Shown here: piece after piece, positions 42,983-58,300 of the stretch | How positions within the stretch are numbered: the first letter of the stretch is position 1 | Layout: every line of letters begins with the position of its first letter | Assembly: GCF_009914755.1 (NCBI RefSeq) | Contig: NC_060930.1 | DNA length: 64,000 nt | Source of the DNA: the human T2T-CHM13v2.0 reference genome, Homo sapiens | Reading direction: 5' to 3' (one strand) | Translations under genes and position numbers: made by a program | The notes under the pieces: generated by a model | Told to the model about the DNA's origin: nothing | Databases searched by the model: none | What the model saw: only the letters and a program-made list of their open reading frames with translations

Positions 42983-43110
42983 GGGTGGGGGCGGGGCGGG
43001 GGCTCAGTCAGTATGTTTTACAGAAAGAGTTAAGAGCATTGGTTAATTGGATGAGTCAGCTTTGTGCATGCCAATTAAGAGAATGTGTACTGCTTTGTGA
43101 ATTTATATAG
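42983..43110 (+). promoter_or_regulatory. Putative promoter/enhancer module (GC-box/G4, CCAAT, AP-1/ARE-like, TATA-like)
   Basis: gggtgggggcggggcggggg 42983-43002, two ATTGG, ATGAGTCAGC 43051-43060, CCAAT 43071, tttatatag 43102-43110. Motifs only. Confidence 0.35.
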
Positions 43111-43349
43111 CTCCTTCTAGGGCACACCAAGGTGTTCCAGAGCTCTTCACTTGGTATCGTTGTGGAATAAGCCATTCCCTGTAAAGAGAACAAAGGCAGA
43201 TCTCTTCTCCACTTTACTGCTGAGAAACATAGATTCAGAATCCTCCTATGATATGCTCAGTGAAACACAATTATGACACTCCCCCACCTTACCCCTGTAT
43301 TCTTGCTGAATATTGATTGAATATTGAGCTCTTTCTCTGTCCAATCAGC

Positions 43350-43350
<1 letters not shown>

Positions 43351-43396
<46 letters not shown>
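43351..43396. repeat. (TG)23 microsatellite
   Basis: Direct reading. Confidence 0.98.
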
Positions 43397-43397
<1 letters not shown>

Positions 43398-44317
43398 CCA
43401 CATCATTGCTTTTTGCTCCAGCAGCTTTATTGTCTTTTTAAGAGAGTTTGTTGTGTTCAGGACCTTCTAAAATATACTGTGGCAATTTTATTCTTTTGCT
43501 TTATTTCTCAGCATAAAGTCTACATTCAAATTGCTTTCACTGCTAATTTTCTGTTTTATTTCTAGTGAGGTAGCTAAGTTGCATTGATGCATTCTCTTCA
43601 GCAGAACATTGGTTTCCATTAAGATTTATAGTTTGCCAAGGAGTTTCAGCCTTTGAAACATCAAAAAAATATTTTGAACAATTTGAAAGTCATGTAGATT
43701 AGCATTGAAATAGTGTGCCTTAGCATTCATGGGAAGAAATAAAAGGGTGGCAAGGCCAGGAGGGGCAGATTCAAGCCATTGCATGTGCAGGCAGCAATCC
43801 TTCCAGCATTGGGGGAGTTCATATGAGGAGAATATATTATCGCCTCATGAGGCAACACATACAGAGTTAAGTCAGCTAACTTTTTGTTTGTTTGAGAACC
43901 AAAGGAAGTGAGATACTGTGATTTTCAAAGAACATGATGCAAACCCCACTTCCCGTGCTACATATGGTCTCTTCCTCCTTTCTTGATTTTTACATGCTGG
44001 CTTTCTTTCTCACTTGTTTTCATATTTCTATTACCTATTTTGGAGGTTTTCATTTAAAACAATTACACACTGCATCTTGTAACACCCTTAGCAAAGAGGT
44101 GTTACAAAATAGTATACAATAAACACAGAAAAGCCTTAGAAGAGAAACAGGGTTTGATAGTAAATGAGCCAAATGGTAAAATAATTGCTTAAACAGAGGC
44201 ACATTGATTCAGAAGTAGGAAACATCTTAGTGGGAAGAAACAGATTAAAATCACTGCATACTATGATCACATTTTTTGTAAATGCAGTAAGTCTATGAAT
44301 ACATGTGTATATATTTA

Positions 44318-44321
<4 letters not shown>

Positions 44322-44364
<43 letters not shown>
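44322..44364. repeat. (TG)21 microsatellite
   Basis: Direct reading. Confidence 0.98.
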
Positions 44365-44367
<3 letters not shown>

Positions 44368-46559
44368 CATACACTGTGTTTGAGTGAGTGAATGCTAAGC
44401 TAAGAAGAAAAAATTCTGGAAGAATGTAACTCAAAATATTAATGGTTATCTCCAAGTATTAGAATTTAAGAGGACTTCTTCTTTTTCTTCCTTTATATTT
44501 TCTGTACTTTCTTAGTTTTTAAAACAAGAACGAACTATTTTTACTAGAAATACAAAACTGTTTACATCTGTTGCCAAAAAGGAACCTCAAATGGACGTAT
44601 ACTACACGTATATGAAAGCACATTTCTGGCTCACTGCAGAGCTAATGTTGGCTAGGTATCTCTTGTACCCCTTCCGAGGGAACTTACCCATTGAAATACC
44701 AAAATACTGCTCATCTCCTGGGCATAGATCTGAGGACACTAGAGTCAGTATGTATGTGAACACAGATCTGTATACTGGGGAAATACATAAATATTGGAGG
44801 AAATCATTAGTCACAATGAAGTCCACAAAATGTGATAAAACCATATGTGAAAGTCAGAACCAAAAAAAAATAAAAATGATTGCATTCATCAAGCATAAGG
44901 ACCACCAAAACAAAGTACAGTATTCCTTCATTCTACCCATGTGTCACTCAGCTAGAGTGTAGCAGAAGTCATATGTATCAACTATCAACCTGCCTTGAGC
45001 AAATGCTACTAAAACACAAAAATTGTCTTTGTCAGCACACTGTCAAAATCTAAGAGTAAGAAATTATTAATGTAGGGAAACTTCTAGGGTCTTCTACTGA
45101 TTCATAAAAATGTTTTTTTGCAGAAGTGGGCCTTAAAGCAAAGCTTGGAAAACAAGAAATTCAAGAGCCCATGAAAGTGTAAATTGAAGTTAAAGTGGGA
45201 ATACTGAGAAGAACTAGATTGGCGGTATGCCCCCTTTCTGAGTTGCCGGGGCAGTCCCAAGGCATGCTGTGCTGTAGGGGATAAGAAAGAGAAAACAGGA
45301 AGATATATGAGTGATTTTATTTATTTCCAATGTAAAACACCAAAAAAAAAAAAAAATCCAACCCTTTCTGGTTCATTTGAGCCCAGGTTGAAAGAATTCT
45401 TCCTACTTATTGATTTGGGATAGGTGAAAAAGAGTGTTGCAGGAGAGATGAGAATAGAAAAAGAGAAGCGTAATCCGATATAATTCTGATTTACAGGTTG
45501 GACTGCCAACTAGAAAGCAAATATTGACAACCTGAGATCTCTCTGCAAACAAGAAGATGCCGTGGAACAAACATTCACTGAGTCACTACCACGTGCCACG
45601 CAATGTGCAAAAGATCTAACAGTGTCCAAGACACAGTTTTTGTCCTCAAGAAATTTACTTTAAGTTCAAAGAGAAGTTAACCAAAGAAGGCATTTCTGTA
45701 AATATCTCCTGTCTTAAGTTTTGAAATGTCTATTTCAAAATTTGCCCATTAATGAAACATTTTAAAGGGTTCTACATAGGCTAGGTCCTGTGCCTAAAAA
45801 TTTAAAACACATAAATAATCAAGCCTGATCTCTGTCCTTGAGGATGCAATAATCTGGTTCAAATTTAAATACATTAATCAAACAGACAAAACATAAACCT
45901 TTAGGTTTCATAATATGACATGATCGATCTGACTCCATTCCTCAACTACAAACATGTCGAAATAGTGGATAAATAAATGTTTAAAGACAAAAATGGAGCT
46001 CAAAAGAAATGAGTGAAATTCTCTAGGTACTCACGATTAGAGAATTCATAATTCTTTTCAGATATACGATGAAAACTTATTATTAATCAAATATTTGTTT
46101 TAAAAGTCATGCCAAGGGAACTATTTTTGTTTTTTTTTTCTTTAGTATTTCAGTAAGTAAATACTGAACTCTGAAGTCTGCAGAGGATTAGAAATGGGTT
46201 CTCAATACAGGTAGTACATATTCATCTAAACTATTTTTTATCCCCTATATATAAATGTCTTTGTTTTCTAGTAAAAAAAAATTCATATTCATGTTTCAAA
46301 TTCAGAAGATATAAAAAATGCAAAGAAAAAGAGAAATCTTTTTAAATTCTAGCACTTGGAATAACTGCTATTAACATTTTGTTATATAAACTTCCAGATC
46401 TTTTTCTGTGCCTTTACTCACACAATATGAGTATATACATATTTTACATATTTTCATCTTTATAAACCCTTAATATGCAGATAATCTTCCCTGGCCATTG
46501 TTAATTATAATTAGAAATAAAATACCATAAATTTATAACTTTAAAATCATCAAATTATT

Positions 46560-47175
46560 TGTTTATCAAAAGGTTATAATGCAGAATTTATAGAATATCT
46601 AAAATAGAACAACAAAAATAACAAGACTTTTTCATATCAAAACTTGTTGAATGCTGCTAAAGCTGTACATGTAGGGAAATGTCAGCTTTATATATCAATA
46701 AAGGAAACATTATAGAAAACTAATAAGCTCAGCATTCAAATTAAGTTAGAAAACTAACAATTAAGTAAACCCAAAATAAACCTAAAAGGAGGACATAAAA
46801 AGATAATAAAATAAAAATAATTTATCTGGAGAAACAGCAAAAAGAAAATTTGTTTGAAAATTAACAAGCCATTGGTAAGACTGATCAAGAATTAAAAATA
46901 TGTCACAAATAATCATAATTAGAAATAAGAAAAATAAATGTATCATACAGAGAAGCCATTTCAAATGTAAAGATTCACCAGATACGTAAGAAAAATTTAT
47001 GCTGTATATAATGCAATACTTTGGGAGAATACAAAGGTAAGGCTCTTTAACTTATTTCATATAGAATAGAGCAATTTTGATAAAAAATACACAAAGATAG
47101 TAAAAGAAGGGAATATCATAGACCAAGATTGTCCATGAATAGAAAAACAAAAATACAAACAAAAATATTAGAAAA
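46560..47175 (+). mobile_element. Old L1M ORF2 fragment
   Basis: aaacttgttgaatgctgctaaagctgtac; acaagccattggtaagactgatcaag. Confidence 0.7.
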
Positions 47176-47179
47176 CCCT

Positions 47180-48149
<970 letters not shown>

Positions 48150-48342
48150 TCTCCTCCTCAGCCTCCCGAGTAGCTGGTATTACAGGCACCCGCCACCATG
48201 CCCAGCTAATTTTTGTATTTTTAGTAGAGACAGGGTTTTACCATGTTGGCCAGGGTGGTCTCAAACTCCTGACCTCAGGTGATCCGCCCATCTTGGCCTC
48301 CCAAAGTGCTGGGATTGCAGGCGTGAGCCACCGCGCCCGGCT
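48150..48342 (-). mobile_element. AluS, 3'-truncated (no tail)
   Basis: Left arm, linker and start of the right arm only. Confidence 0.93.
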
Positions 48343-48379
48343 GAAATTAGACCAAATTCAGCACCGGCACCAGAAAGAA

Positions 48380-49960
48380 ATGTATATGATCAGAAATCAA
48401 GAGCAACAGAAATGAAAGACATCTGAATAAATATAAATAACTTTTTTTCCTCCTCTTACATTTTTTGTGTAGAATTTCATATAGAATAGAACAATTTTGA
48501 TAAAAATATATTTGTTGAAAAGCAAAAACTACAACATTGCCTGCTGGAGTTTGTCAATGCGTGCAGATGTAATACATATGACACTTTAATGTAAAGATCA
48601 ATGGGGGACAGTAAAGGGACTGATATAGTTGTAAGAATTCTATATTTTACTTGAAATGGTAAAATATTAAAAACACATATCAAGAAAACTTCAAAATAAT
48701 CATTAATTTTTAAAATTAGACTTGAACAAATAGAAAAGTTAGATATGTATTGTAATCCCTAGAGCAAATACCAGAAAATATGAAGCTTAAAATTGAATAG
48801 ATAAATTAAGATGGAATATTACAATAATTCAAATAATCCATAAGAAGGCAGGAAAAGGAAAAACAAGTGAGCCAGAGAACAAACAGGAGATTCCAACTGT
48901 ATCACTAGCAAGAATGTTACTAAATGAAAATTATAAATGGTCTGAACACATTAAATGAAAGATGGAAATTGCCATATTCTGTTTTTAAAAGACCCAGCTA
49001 AATGCTGCCAGTAAGAGATGCATTTAAAATATAAAGACATAGATGGATTCAAAATTTAAAGATGGAAAAAGTCATTATGCAAACAGAAATGAAAAGAAAA
49101 TTGAGTGGCTCTATTAATATTAGCCAAAGTAAACTTCGAGCAATGAACATTACCAGAGATAAGCAGATACGTTAAATAATGGCAAAAGGGTCACCTTAAC
49201 AAGAATGCATAGCAAACCTAAATAGATATTCATTTAACAACTTAAATTGAAACCTATGAAGAAGTCTCATAGAAATGAAAGAGGAAACAGAAAAATCCAC
49301 AATTATAATTGGAGACTTCAATACTTCTTCCTTAGTAATTGTTAATACAGCAAGCAGACAGAAAATAAATAAGGATATAGAAGACATGAACAAAATTATT
49401 AACCAATTTGGCCTAATTGATACTCATTCTGCAACAGCAGAATACGCATTCTTTCTGATTGCACGTGGGACATTCACTAAGACAGATCACGTTCTGGGCT
49501 ATAAAACAAACCTTAACCAATTTAAAAAGAGTAAAAGCCATATAAAATGTGTTCTATGACATAACTGAATTGAACTGGAAATCAATGACACAAAGATCAC
49601 TATAAAATTCCCAAATATTTGGAAATTAAATAGAACACTTCTATATAATCCATGAGTCACTGCAGAAGTTACAAGATAAATTAGAAAATATTTTGAGCTG
49701 AGTGAAAATGAAAATGCAATATATCAAAATGTATGGGATCCAGGTAAAGCAGTGTTTAAGTAGATGTTTACAGCATTGAATGCTTAGGGTAAAAAGCCCT
49801 CAGATTAATGATTGAATGTCTGCTTTAAGAAACTAGAAAAAGAACAGCAAATTAAACCCAAAGCAAGCCCAGGAAAAAAATAATAAAGATCAGAGTGTAA
49901 ATCAATGAAATAAAATCTAGAAAGAGCAATAGAGAACATCAATGAAACCAAAAGCTGGTG
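48380..49960 (+). mobile_element. Old L1M inter-ORF/ORF2 endonuclease-region fragment
   Basis: ORF 49275-49559 reads STIIIGDFNT...GTFTKTDHVLGYKTNLNQFK, a decayed L1 ORF2 endonuclease; stops and frameshifts elsewhere. Confidence 0.88.
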
Positions 49961-49969
49961 ATAACACAT

Positions 49970-52360
49970 AAATATTTCTATTTCCAGCTATAATGGACAA
50001 GCTTATACCATACTAACCATCCCACAAAAAGCAAAAATAAATAGAATGCAAATCAAATATTTAAAATATATATGAAGTATCAGAGAACTATCAAGTTTCC
50101 CAGCACTTGAGGTGTCAAGATGTGGAAGAAAAGGAAATTACATTGATATCATCCCAATATTCTATGACACCTTCCCACTCAAATCATTTGGCAATCTGAA
50201 AGTGATGCAGAGCTCAGAGACTGAGGAGAAATGCAACAAAACACACTGGACAAAAGGCAGGGAAGCTGAAACTGATTTTTTTTTTTTTTTTTTTTTTTAA
50301 CTATTTACAGACATGGTGACAAAAATTGGAATCAATGGCTCACCAAGGAGGGGGCCCCTGGTAATAATTACAGGCTTATAGTTGGAATCTTAAAGGTCTA
50401 CACTACAGAAGTAATGACAAAATAAAATAAAGAAAGACTGAATTCTCGCCCCAAATTAGTTCAGCTCCTGAGTCGATTAATGCAAGCTGCCCCTACTCTA
50501 AGTACCTGAGAAGCCCAAAAGTAAACTTTTTGTAGAGAGAGAGATCATCAGCCAGAACCTCTATAATTTTTCAAGCATAATATCAAGTATTCAATAAAAA
50601 ATTACCGTGCATATAAGAAGACAGGACTAAGAGAAATCCAGACAAGAAAGAGGCCCACAGGTACTCAAATATTAGAGTTATCAGTAACGAACTTTAAATA
50701 ACTCTGATTAATATTTAATAATAGAAAAGAAGAGAATTGCAAGAAAGAACTGAAATATCTGAAAAATAACAAAATTGAAATTCCAGGGCAGATGGTTACA
50801 TATTTTAAATTAACAAATAAATAGGTGAATTTAATTTATACAAATAATTAAAAAATAAGTAAACTGGAAAATAGGCGAACAGAAAATCTCTAAAAAGATA
50901 TTATATCTAGAAGAAAATATCTATAAAGAAAATATCTATAAGTATCACAGAAAAAATAAGGATATATATATAAAATACAGAAAAGAATGCAAAAGATATG
51001 TAAGATAAAGAACTAATATACATTCTCTTCCAGACTTAAATTATGTAAGTAATTATCTAAGTTACTTGAGTCTAAAAGGGGAGGAGAGGGAGGATGAGGT
51101 AAAAGTAAATATTGCAGAGATAATAACCAGGAAACTTTTAATAATGATAAAAAGTAATCTAGCCAATGATTCAAGTCCTGCTGTGATCACAAGCAAGACA
51201 AAAATAAAGAAAATTACTCATAGGCATATCAAGACAAAACTGCTAAATACCAACTAAAAGAAAATATTCCTTAAATTATGTAGAAAAGAAAAGAAGTGTT
51301 ACAAACAAGGGACATCAAGGGTAACAGAAAAATTCTGACAGAAAGGATGTAAGTCAAAAGAATGATATATCGAAAAGTCTGAAGTAAAATAACTGCACTG
51401 TTATTTCTATAGCCAGTGAAACCATCTTTCAAAAATAATTTATAAATAAAGAAATGCTCAAACAAACAAATATTTATACTTTTCTTTACTAATAGAACTG
51501 CCATATATTTATGTCAGAAAAGAATAATCCCTGATGATTTCACAGAAACCCAGGAAAGAATGAGAAGCAACAAAGGCTAAATATGTGGATAAATTTAAAT
51601 GAATACTGGTTACACAAAATAATAACAATAGTAATAATTTTAAATACATATACATTTTAAGATACAATACAATACAAATAGGAGGCAGAGGGAAGGTTGT
51701 AGAATTCAAGCATTCTAAAGTCCCTCCCTGCACTATATAGGAAATGGTAAAAAAAAAAAAAAAAATTAGTTTATATTAGATTCTAATACTAAGTCAAGGA
51801 CACATATCACAATTTCTAGGATAACTGCTAAAGAAATGGTAATAAGAAATGGGGAAAATACAGTAATAAATAAATATTTGATTAAACAAAAAAATAGAAA
51901 AAAGAAGTAACAATTTGTTATATAAAAATGTAGTAATATGGTACATGTAAAACCAAGTATATCAATAATTACACTAAATATAAATTGAATAAAAACTCCA
52001 ATTAAAAGGCAAAGATTGTCAGGCCGAATTTTAAAAATTAACATACTGTTTACAAGAGACCACTTTAAATATAATGACACAAAGTTACAAGTAAGATTGA
52101 AAAAGAAGATATATTGTGCAATACTAACCGAAAGAAATTAGCTCCATTCATAGCAGGGAAAATCGACTTTAAGGCAAAAGTATTACAACAGAAAAAGAGG
52201 AACAGTTCATAATGTTAATAGGGTCAACTTACAAGAAGGTGTAATAATACTAAATTTGAATGTTTCTAAAAATATAGCTTTAAAATGTGTGATGAAAGAG
52301 GCTCTGAAGAAAAGGAAAATGAACTGCCAATCATTATGAGAAATTATAATACATCCTTAG
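49970..52360 (+). mobile_element. Old L1M 5'/ORF1/ORF2-start fragment
   Basis: Decayed ORF1 text (taggcatatcaagacaaaactgc; tctatagccagtgaaaccatctttc) and ORF2 start (actccaattaaaaggcaaagattg). Confidence 0.75.
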
Positions 52361-52374
52361 CCTATTTTAGTTCA

Positions 52375-52568
52375 CCTAGAGTTGGACAGTTTTTGATACA
52401 ACTGACAGCATCCCGTATCAGGTGCCTACACACCTTGCTTTTCTGCCTGGGAGCTTTCTCTAGAATCTTGAGAAAATTCATCTTCATCTGTAAATACAAT
52501 CTAGAAACACAGAGGGATCCGTGCCTCTGGGCACAACCCTCAACTAATGGAAGACAGGAGATAGCAGG

Positions 52569-52600
<32 letters not shown>

Positions 52601-52859
52601 GGCCATTCTGTCCAACAGTGAGAAAATTCTGAGGCATGTGCTACACATTATTTTTAGACAGTCTCAAATGGCATTAAGCCCTAGTTTTCAAGAGTGGTGA
52701 CCACCTCAATAATATATCCTTTATTGATAACTCTTACCTTTCTTGGCTTACTGTCTCTATTCCCTTCTTGTGATATCTAGGGTTGCCACTCAGATAAACC
52801 ACCCGAGCCCAAGTATTTTTTCCTCAGTGTGTGATTTTAAGAGGACCCAAGCTAACACA
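52375..52859 (+). mobile_element. LTR16-family ERVL solo LTR with an internal poly(T) run
   Basis: aaccctcaactaatgg...aattctgaggcatg...gaggacccaagctaacaca. Confidence 0.7.
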
Positions 52860-53086
52860 GTAACTTACTTAGTAGCAAGTAGTAAAAATATATAATTTGA
52901 ATATAATTAACAAATGTTGATGTAACTGAAATATGTAGAATACTGTATCCAGAAACTACAAAATACAAACAATATTTTTGAAAAATGTATTTTTATATTT
53001 CCAAACAATATGGTATTTTTCTCTGTCTTATTGATTTCTAGGCTATTTCCATTCTGATTAGAGAATGTATGCTTAAGCATTAAGGT

Positions 53087-54722
53087 GACCATATTGCCCA
53101 AAGCAACCTACAGATTCAACACTATCCCTGTCAAACTACCAATGTTATTTTTCATTGAACTAGAAAAAAACTATTCTAAAATTCATATGGAACCAAAAAA
53201 AACTATTCTAAAACTCATATGGAACCCAAACAGCCAAAGCAATCCTAAACAAAAAGAACAAAGCCAGAGGCATCACATTACCTGACTTTAAACTATACTA
53301 TAAGGCTACAGTAACCAAAACAGTGTGATACTGGTACAAAAACAAACACATAGACCAATGGAACAGAATAGAAAACCCAGAAATAAAGCCATATACCTAC
53401 CACCATCTGATCTTCAACAAAGTCAAAAAAATAACAATAATAAGCAAGAGGGAGAGGAATCTCTATTCAATAAATGGCGCTGGGACAGCTGGCTATTCAT
53501 ATGCAGAAGAACGAAACTGGACCCATACCTTTCACCATACACAAAAATTAACTCAAGATGGATTAAAGATTTAGATATAGATCTCAAACTATAAGAGTCC
53601 TAAGAGAAAACCTAGGAAATACCATTCTGGACATCAACCTTGGGAAATAATTTATGACTAAGTCCTCAAAAGCAATGGCAAAAAAAACAAAAATGGATGA
53701 GTGGGACCTAATTAAACTAAAGATCTTCTTATAGCAAAATAAACTATTAACAGAGAAAACAAGTAGGAGAAAATATTTGTAAGCTATGCATCTGACAAAG
53801 GTGTAATACCCAGAACCTGTAAGGAACTTAAACAACTCAACAAGAAAAACACAAATAACTGCATTTTAAAAATGGGCAAAAGACCTGAATAGACACTTCT
53901 CAAAAGAAGACATACAAGTGGCCAAAAAACATATGAAAACGTGCTACCCATCACTAATCATCAGAGAAATACAAATCAAACCATAATGAGATACCATCTC
54001 ACACTAGTCTGAATGATTATCATTAAAAAGTCAAAAGACAACGGATGCTGGCAAGGCTCTGGAGAAAAGGGAAAGCTCATATACTGCTGGTAGGAATGTA
54101 AATTAGTTAAGCCACTTTGGAAAGCAGTTTGGAGATTTCTCAAATAACTTAAAACATAACTACCATTTGATCTAGCAATCCCGTTACTGGGTATACATCC
54201 AAAAGAAAACAGAGTATTCTACCAAAAAGACACATGCACTTGTGTGTTTGCAGCACTATTCATAACAGCAAAGACATGGAATCAAGTCAAGTATCCATCA
54301 ATGGTGGATTAGATAAAGAAAATGTGGTACGTATGCACCATGGAATACTATGCAACCATAAAAAAGAATGAAATCATGTCCTTTGCAACAACATGGATGC
54401 AGCTGGAGGCCATTATCTTAAGTGAATTAATAAAGGAATAGAAAACCCAATACCATGTGTACTCACTTATAAGAGGGAGCTAAACATTGGGTTCTCTTGG
54501 ACATTAAAATGGCAGTAATAGAAAATGAATACTACTGAGGGGGGAGGGAGGATAACAAAGACTGAAAAACTAACTATTGGGTACTATGCTCAGTACCTGG
54601 GTGATGAGATCATTCATACCTCAAACCTCAGCAATACACAATATACCCAAGTAACAAACCTGTACATGCACACCCTGAATCTAAAACAAAAGCTGAAAAT
54701 AATTAAAGTAAAAAATATAAAA
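53087..54722 (+). mobile_element. L1PB-type, 5'-truncated (~1.6 kb)
   Basis: ORF2 C-terminal text ([19 protein letters not shown]) and 3'UTR (aaaaactaactattgggtactatgctc); includes a ~32-bp tandem duplication at 53164-53226. Confidence 0.9.
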
Positions 54723-54809
54723 TATTCTGTGGCTTTCTTTATAGCCCAGCATATGATCAATTTTGGTAAATATTTCATATGTATCTTTAAAAAGATGCAT
54801 TTTGATGAG

Positions 54810-55370
54810 TAAATGTAATGTGGCATTCTGGATGGAATTCTGGAATAGAAAAAAAAGCATTGGTTAAAAACTAAGGAAATTTGAATAAAGTATGCACTTT
54901 ACTAATAATGTATCAATATTGGCTCATTATTTATACCAATGTAACATAATCATATAAGATGTTAATAACAGAGAAAACTGGGTATGAACATATGGAAACT
55001 TTGTAACATCTTCACTATTTTTTCTCACAATTTTAGTAAATCTAAAAGTGTTCTTGGCCAGTCATGGTGGCTTATACCTGTAACCCCAGCACTTAGGGAG
55101 GCCGAGGTGGGCGGAACACTTGAGCTCAGGAGTTCGAAACCAGCCTGGCCAACATGGTGAAACCCCACCTCTACTAAAAATACAAAAATTAGCCAGGTGT
55201 GATGGCACACACCTGTAGTCCCAGCTACTCAGGAGGCTGAAGCAAGATAATCGCTTGAACTCAGAAGGCGGAGGTTGCAATGAGCCAAGATCGCACAACT
55301 GCAATCCAGCCTGACAGAGCTAGACTCCGTCTCAATCAATCAAGCATGTTCAAAAAATAAAGTTTATTTT
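54810..55370 (+). mobile_element. L1MC/MD-type 3' end, split by an Alu
   Basis: taaatgtaatgtggcattctggatggaattctggaatag...taaatctaaaa...aaaataaagtttattt. Confidence 0.78.
55056..55343 (+). mobile_element. AluS with (CAAT)n tail
   Basis: Full dimer. Confidence 0.93.
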
Positions 55371-55389
55371 GAGACACAATTGGTATTAT

Positions 55390-58300
55390 TTTATTAATAC
55401 ATAATATTTTACATAGAGTAGATGTGGTATTTTGTTATTAATACATGCACAGAATGTGTAATGACTAAGTCAGGACATTTGGGATATCCATCATCTTGAG
55501 TATTTGCCATTTTTATGTGTTAGGAACATTTCAAGTCCTCTCTTCTCCTACTTTGAAACGTAGAATACATTGTTGTTAACTACAGTCATTCTCCTCTGCT
55601 ACCGAATATTAAAGCTTATATCTTCTAACTGTGGGTTTGTGCCCATTAACCAGCTTCTCTTCATCTCCCCTCCTACCCAAACATCCTTCTCAGCCTCTAG
55701 TATCTATCATTCTATTCTCTAGCTCCATGAGATCAACTTTTAAATTTTCCACATATGAGTGAGAACATGCAATATTTGTCTTTCTGTGGCTGGTTCATTT
55801 TACTTAACATAAGGACCTACAGTTCTACACATGTTGCTACAAGTGGCATAATTTTATTCTTTTATACGGCTGAATAATATTCCATTGTGTATATATACCA
55901 CATTTTCTTTATCCATTCATTCATTGGTGGACACTTAGTTTGATTCCATATCTTTCTTATTGTGACTAGTGCCACAATAAACATGCAAGTGGAGGTATCC
56001 TGTTGATATATTGATTTCTTTCCCTTGGGATAAATATCCAGTAGTGGGATTACTGAATCATATGATAGTTCTATTTTTAGATTCTTGAGAAATCTCCATA
56101 CTGTTTCCATAGTGGTTATACAAATTTGCATTCCCACCAATAGTATAAAAGACTTCTCTTTTTTCCACATTCTCATCACTTATGTTTTCTCTTTTTAATA
56201 TTAGCCATTCTAACTGGGGTGAGATGATATATCATTGTGGTTTGATTTACAGTTCCCTGATGGTAGTGATGTTGAGCATTCTTTCATATACCTATTGGTT
56301 ATTTGTATGTCTTCTTTTGAGAAATGTGTATTTATGTCCTTTGTTCATTTTTTTAATAGGATTGTCTTTTTTACTGTTGAGTCGTTTGAGTTCTTTGTAT
56401 ATTCTGGATATTAGGCCTTTGTCAGATGAATAGTTTGCAGTTATTTTATCCCATTTAACAGGTTGCCTCTTCATAGATTGCTTTTGTTTTGCTTTCAAGA
56501 AGCTTTACAGTTTTAGCTTAATATAGTCCCATTTGTCTATTTTTGTTTTTGTTGCCTGTGTTTTTGAGGTATTAGCCATATAATGTTTGCCTAGATCAAT
56601 GTCCTGAAGTACTACCCCTATGTTTTCCTCTAGTAGATGAACAGTTTTGTGGTCTTATATATAAGTCTTTAATTCATCTTGAGTTGATTTTTGTATATGA
56701 TGAGAGACAGAGGTCCAGTTTCATTCTTCTGGTTATGAAAAACCAATTTTCCTGGCCCCATTTATTGAAGAGCATTTCCTTTCCCCAATATATGCACATG
56801 ACAACTTTGTTGAAAATCAGGCTATAGGTATGTGGCTTTATTTCTGGGTTCTCTATTCTGTTCCATTAGTTTATGTGTCTATTTTTATACCTATATCATG
56901 CTGTTATGGTGACCATAGCCTTGTGATATATTTTGAAGTCAGGTAGAGTGGTACCTCTAGCCTTGTTCTTTTTGCTCAGGATTGCTTTGGCTATTTGGCT
57001 TCTTTTATGGGGCCATACAAATTTTAAGCATTTTTTTCTAATTATGTGAAAAAAGATGTTAGTATTTTGCTAGGCATTGTCTTGAATCTGTATACTGTTT
57101 GGGGCAGTATGGTCATTTTAATCATATAAATTCTTCAAATCCATGAGAATGAGATGTATTTCCATTTGTTTGTATCTACCTCAGTTTCTTTCATCAGTGT
57201 TTTGTGGTTTATCTTGCAGAGGTCTTCCACCTACTTGGTTGAATTTATTCCTAGTTATTTATTTTAGCTATTATAAATGGGATTACCTTCTTGATTTCTC
57301 AGTTAGCTCATTATTGATATATAGAAATGCTGTTGATTTTTTTATATTGATTCTGTATTGGAGTTAATCTCTCCCTTTAGATCTAATAATATTTGCTTTA
57401 TATATCTGGGTGCCTTCATGTTGGGCTCAAGTGTGTTTAGAATTGTTATGTCCTCTTGCTGAATTGGTCTCTATATTACAAAATGACCTTCTTTATTTCT
57501 TTTTACGTTTTTGAATAAAGTCTGATTTATCTGATATAAGTATTGCTACTTCTGCTCTTTTTTGGTTTTCAATTGCATGAAATATCTTTTTACTTTACAG
57601 TAGATCTTTTACATCTACTTTAAGTATATATATGTCTTTACAGGTGAGATTAATTTCTTATAAGTAGCATGTACTTGGGTTGTTTTATCATCCATTCAGC
57701 CAGTCTGCACCTTTCAAGTGGAATGTTTAATCTATTTACATTCAAGGTTATTATTGGTATGTGAGGGCTTATTTCTGATATTCATTAATTTATTTCTGCT
57801 TGTTTTGTATATCTTACTCTTATGGTTTATCATTGTGGTTTGGTGGTCTTCTGTAGTGGTAACATTTGAATCTTTTCTTTGTGTATTTACTTTACCAGTA
57901 GGTTTCATATTTTTGTCTATTTTCATAATAGAAGATACCTTTTGTTTTTATTCTAGTTGTAGGACTCCCTTAAGCATTTATTGTAGACCTAGACTAGTGC
58001 TGATTAATTCCCTCAGCTTTTGCTTGTCTGGGAAAGACTTTATTTCTCCTTAATTTACTTCTCCTTTACTGGGTATAGTATCTTGGTTAGCAATTTTGTT
58101 TGGTTTTGTTTTTGTTTTTCCTTTCAGCACTCTGAATTTATCCTACATTTTCTCCTGGCCCATAAGGTTTCTGCAGAGAAATCTGCTGTTAATCTGATGG
58201 AGGGTCCTTTATAAGTAACTAGACACTTTCTCACACTCTTTTTAGAATTCTTTCTTTGTCTTTGAATTTTGATAGCTTGATTATAATGTGCTATGGAGAA

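Noticed and set aside
49275-49559. Endonuclease-like ORF as a functional gene
   Set aside because: Short remnant of a decayed L1 ORF2 surrounded by stops and frameshifts.
57340-57400. Spliced L1 RNA retrocopy as the cause of the ORF2 deletion
   Set aside because: The junction shows ATACA microhomology rather than GT-AG boundaries.
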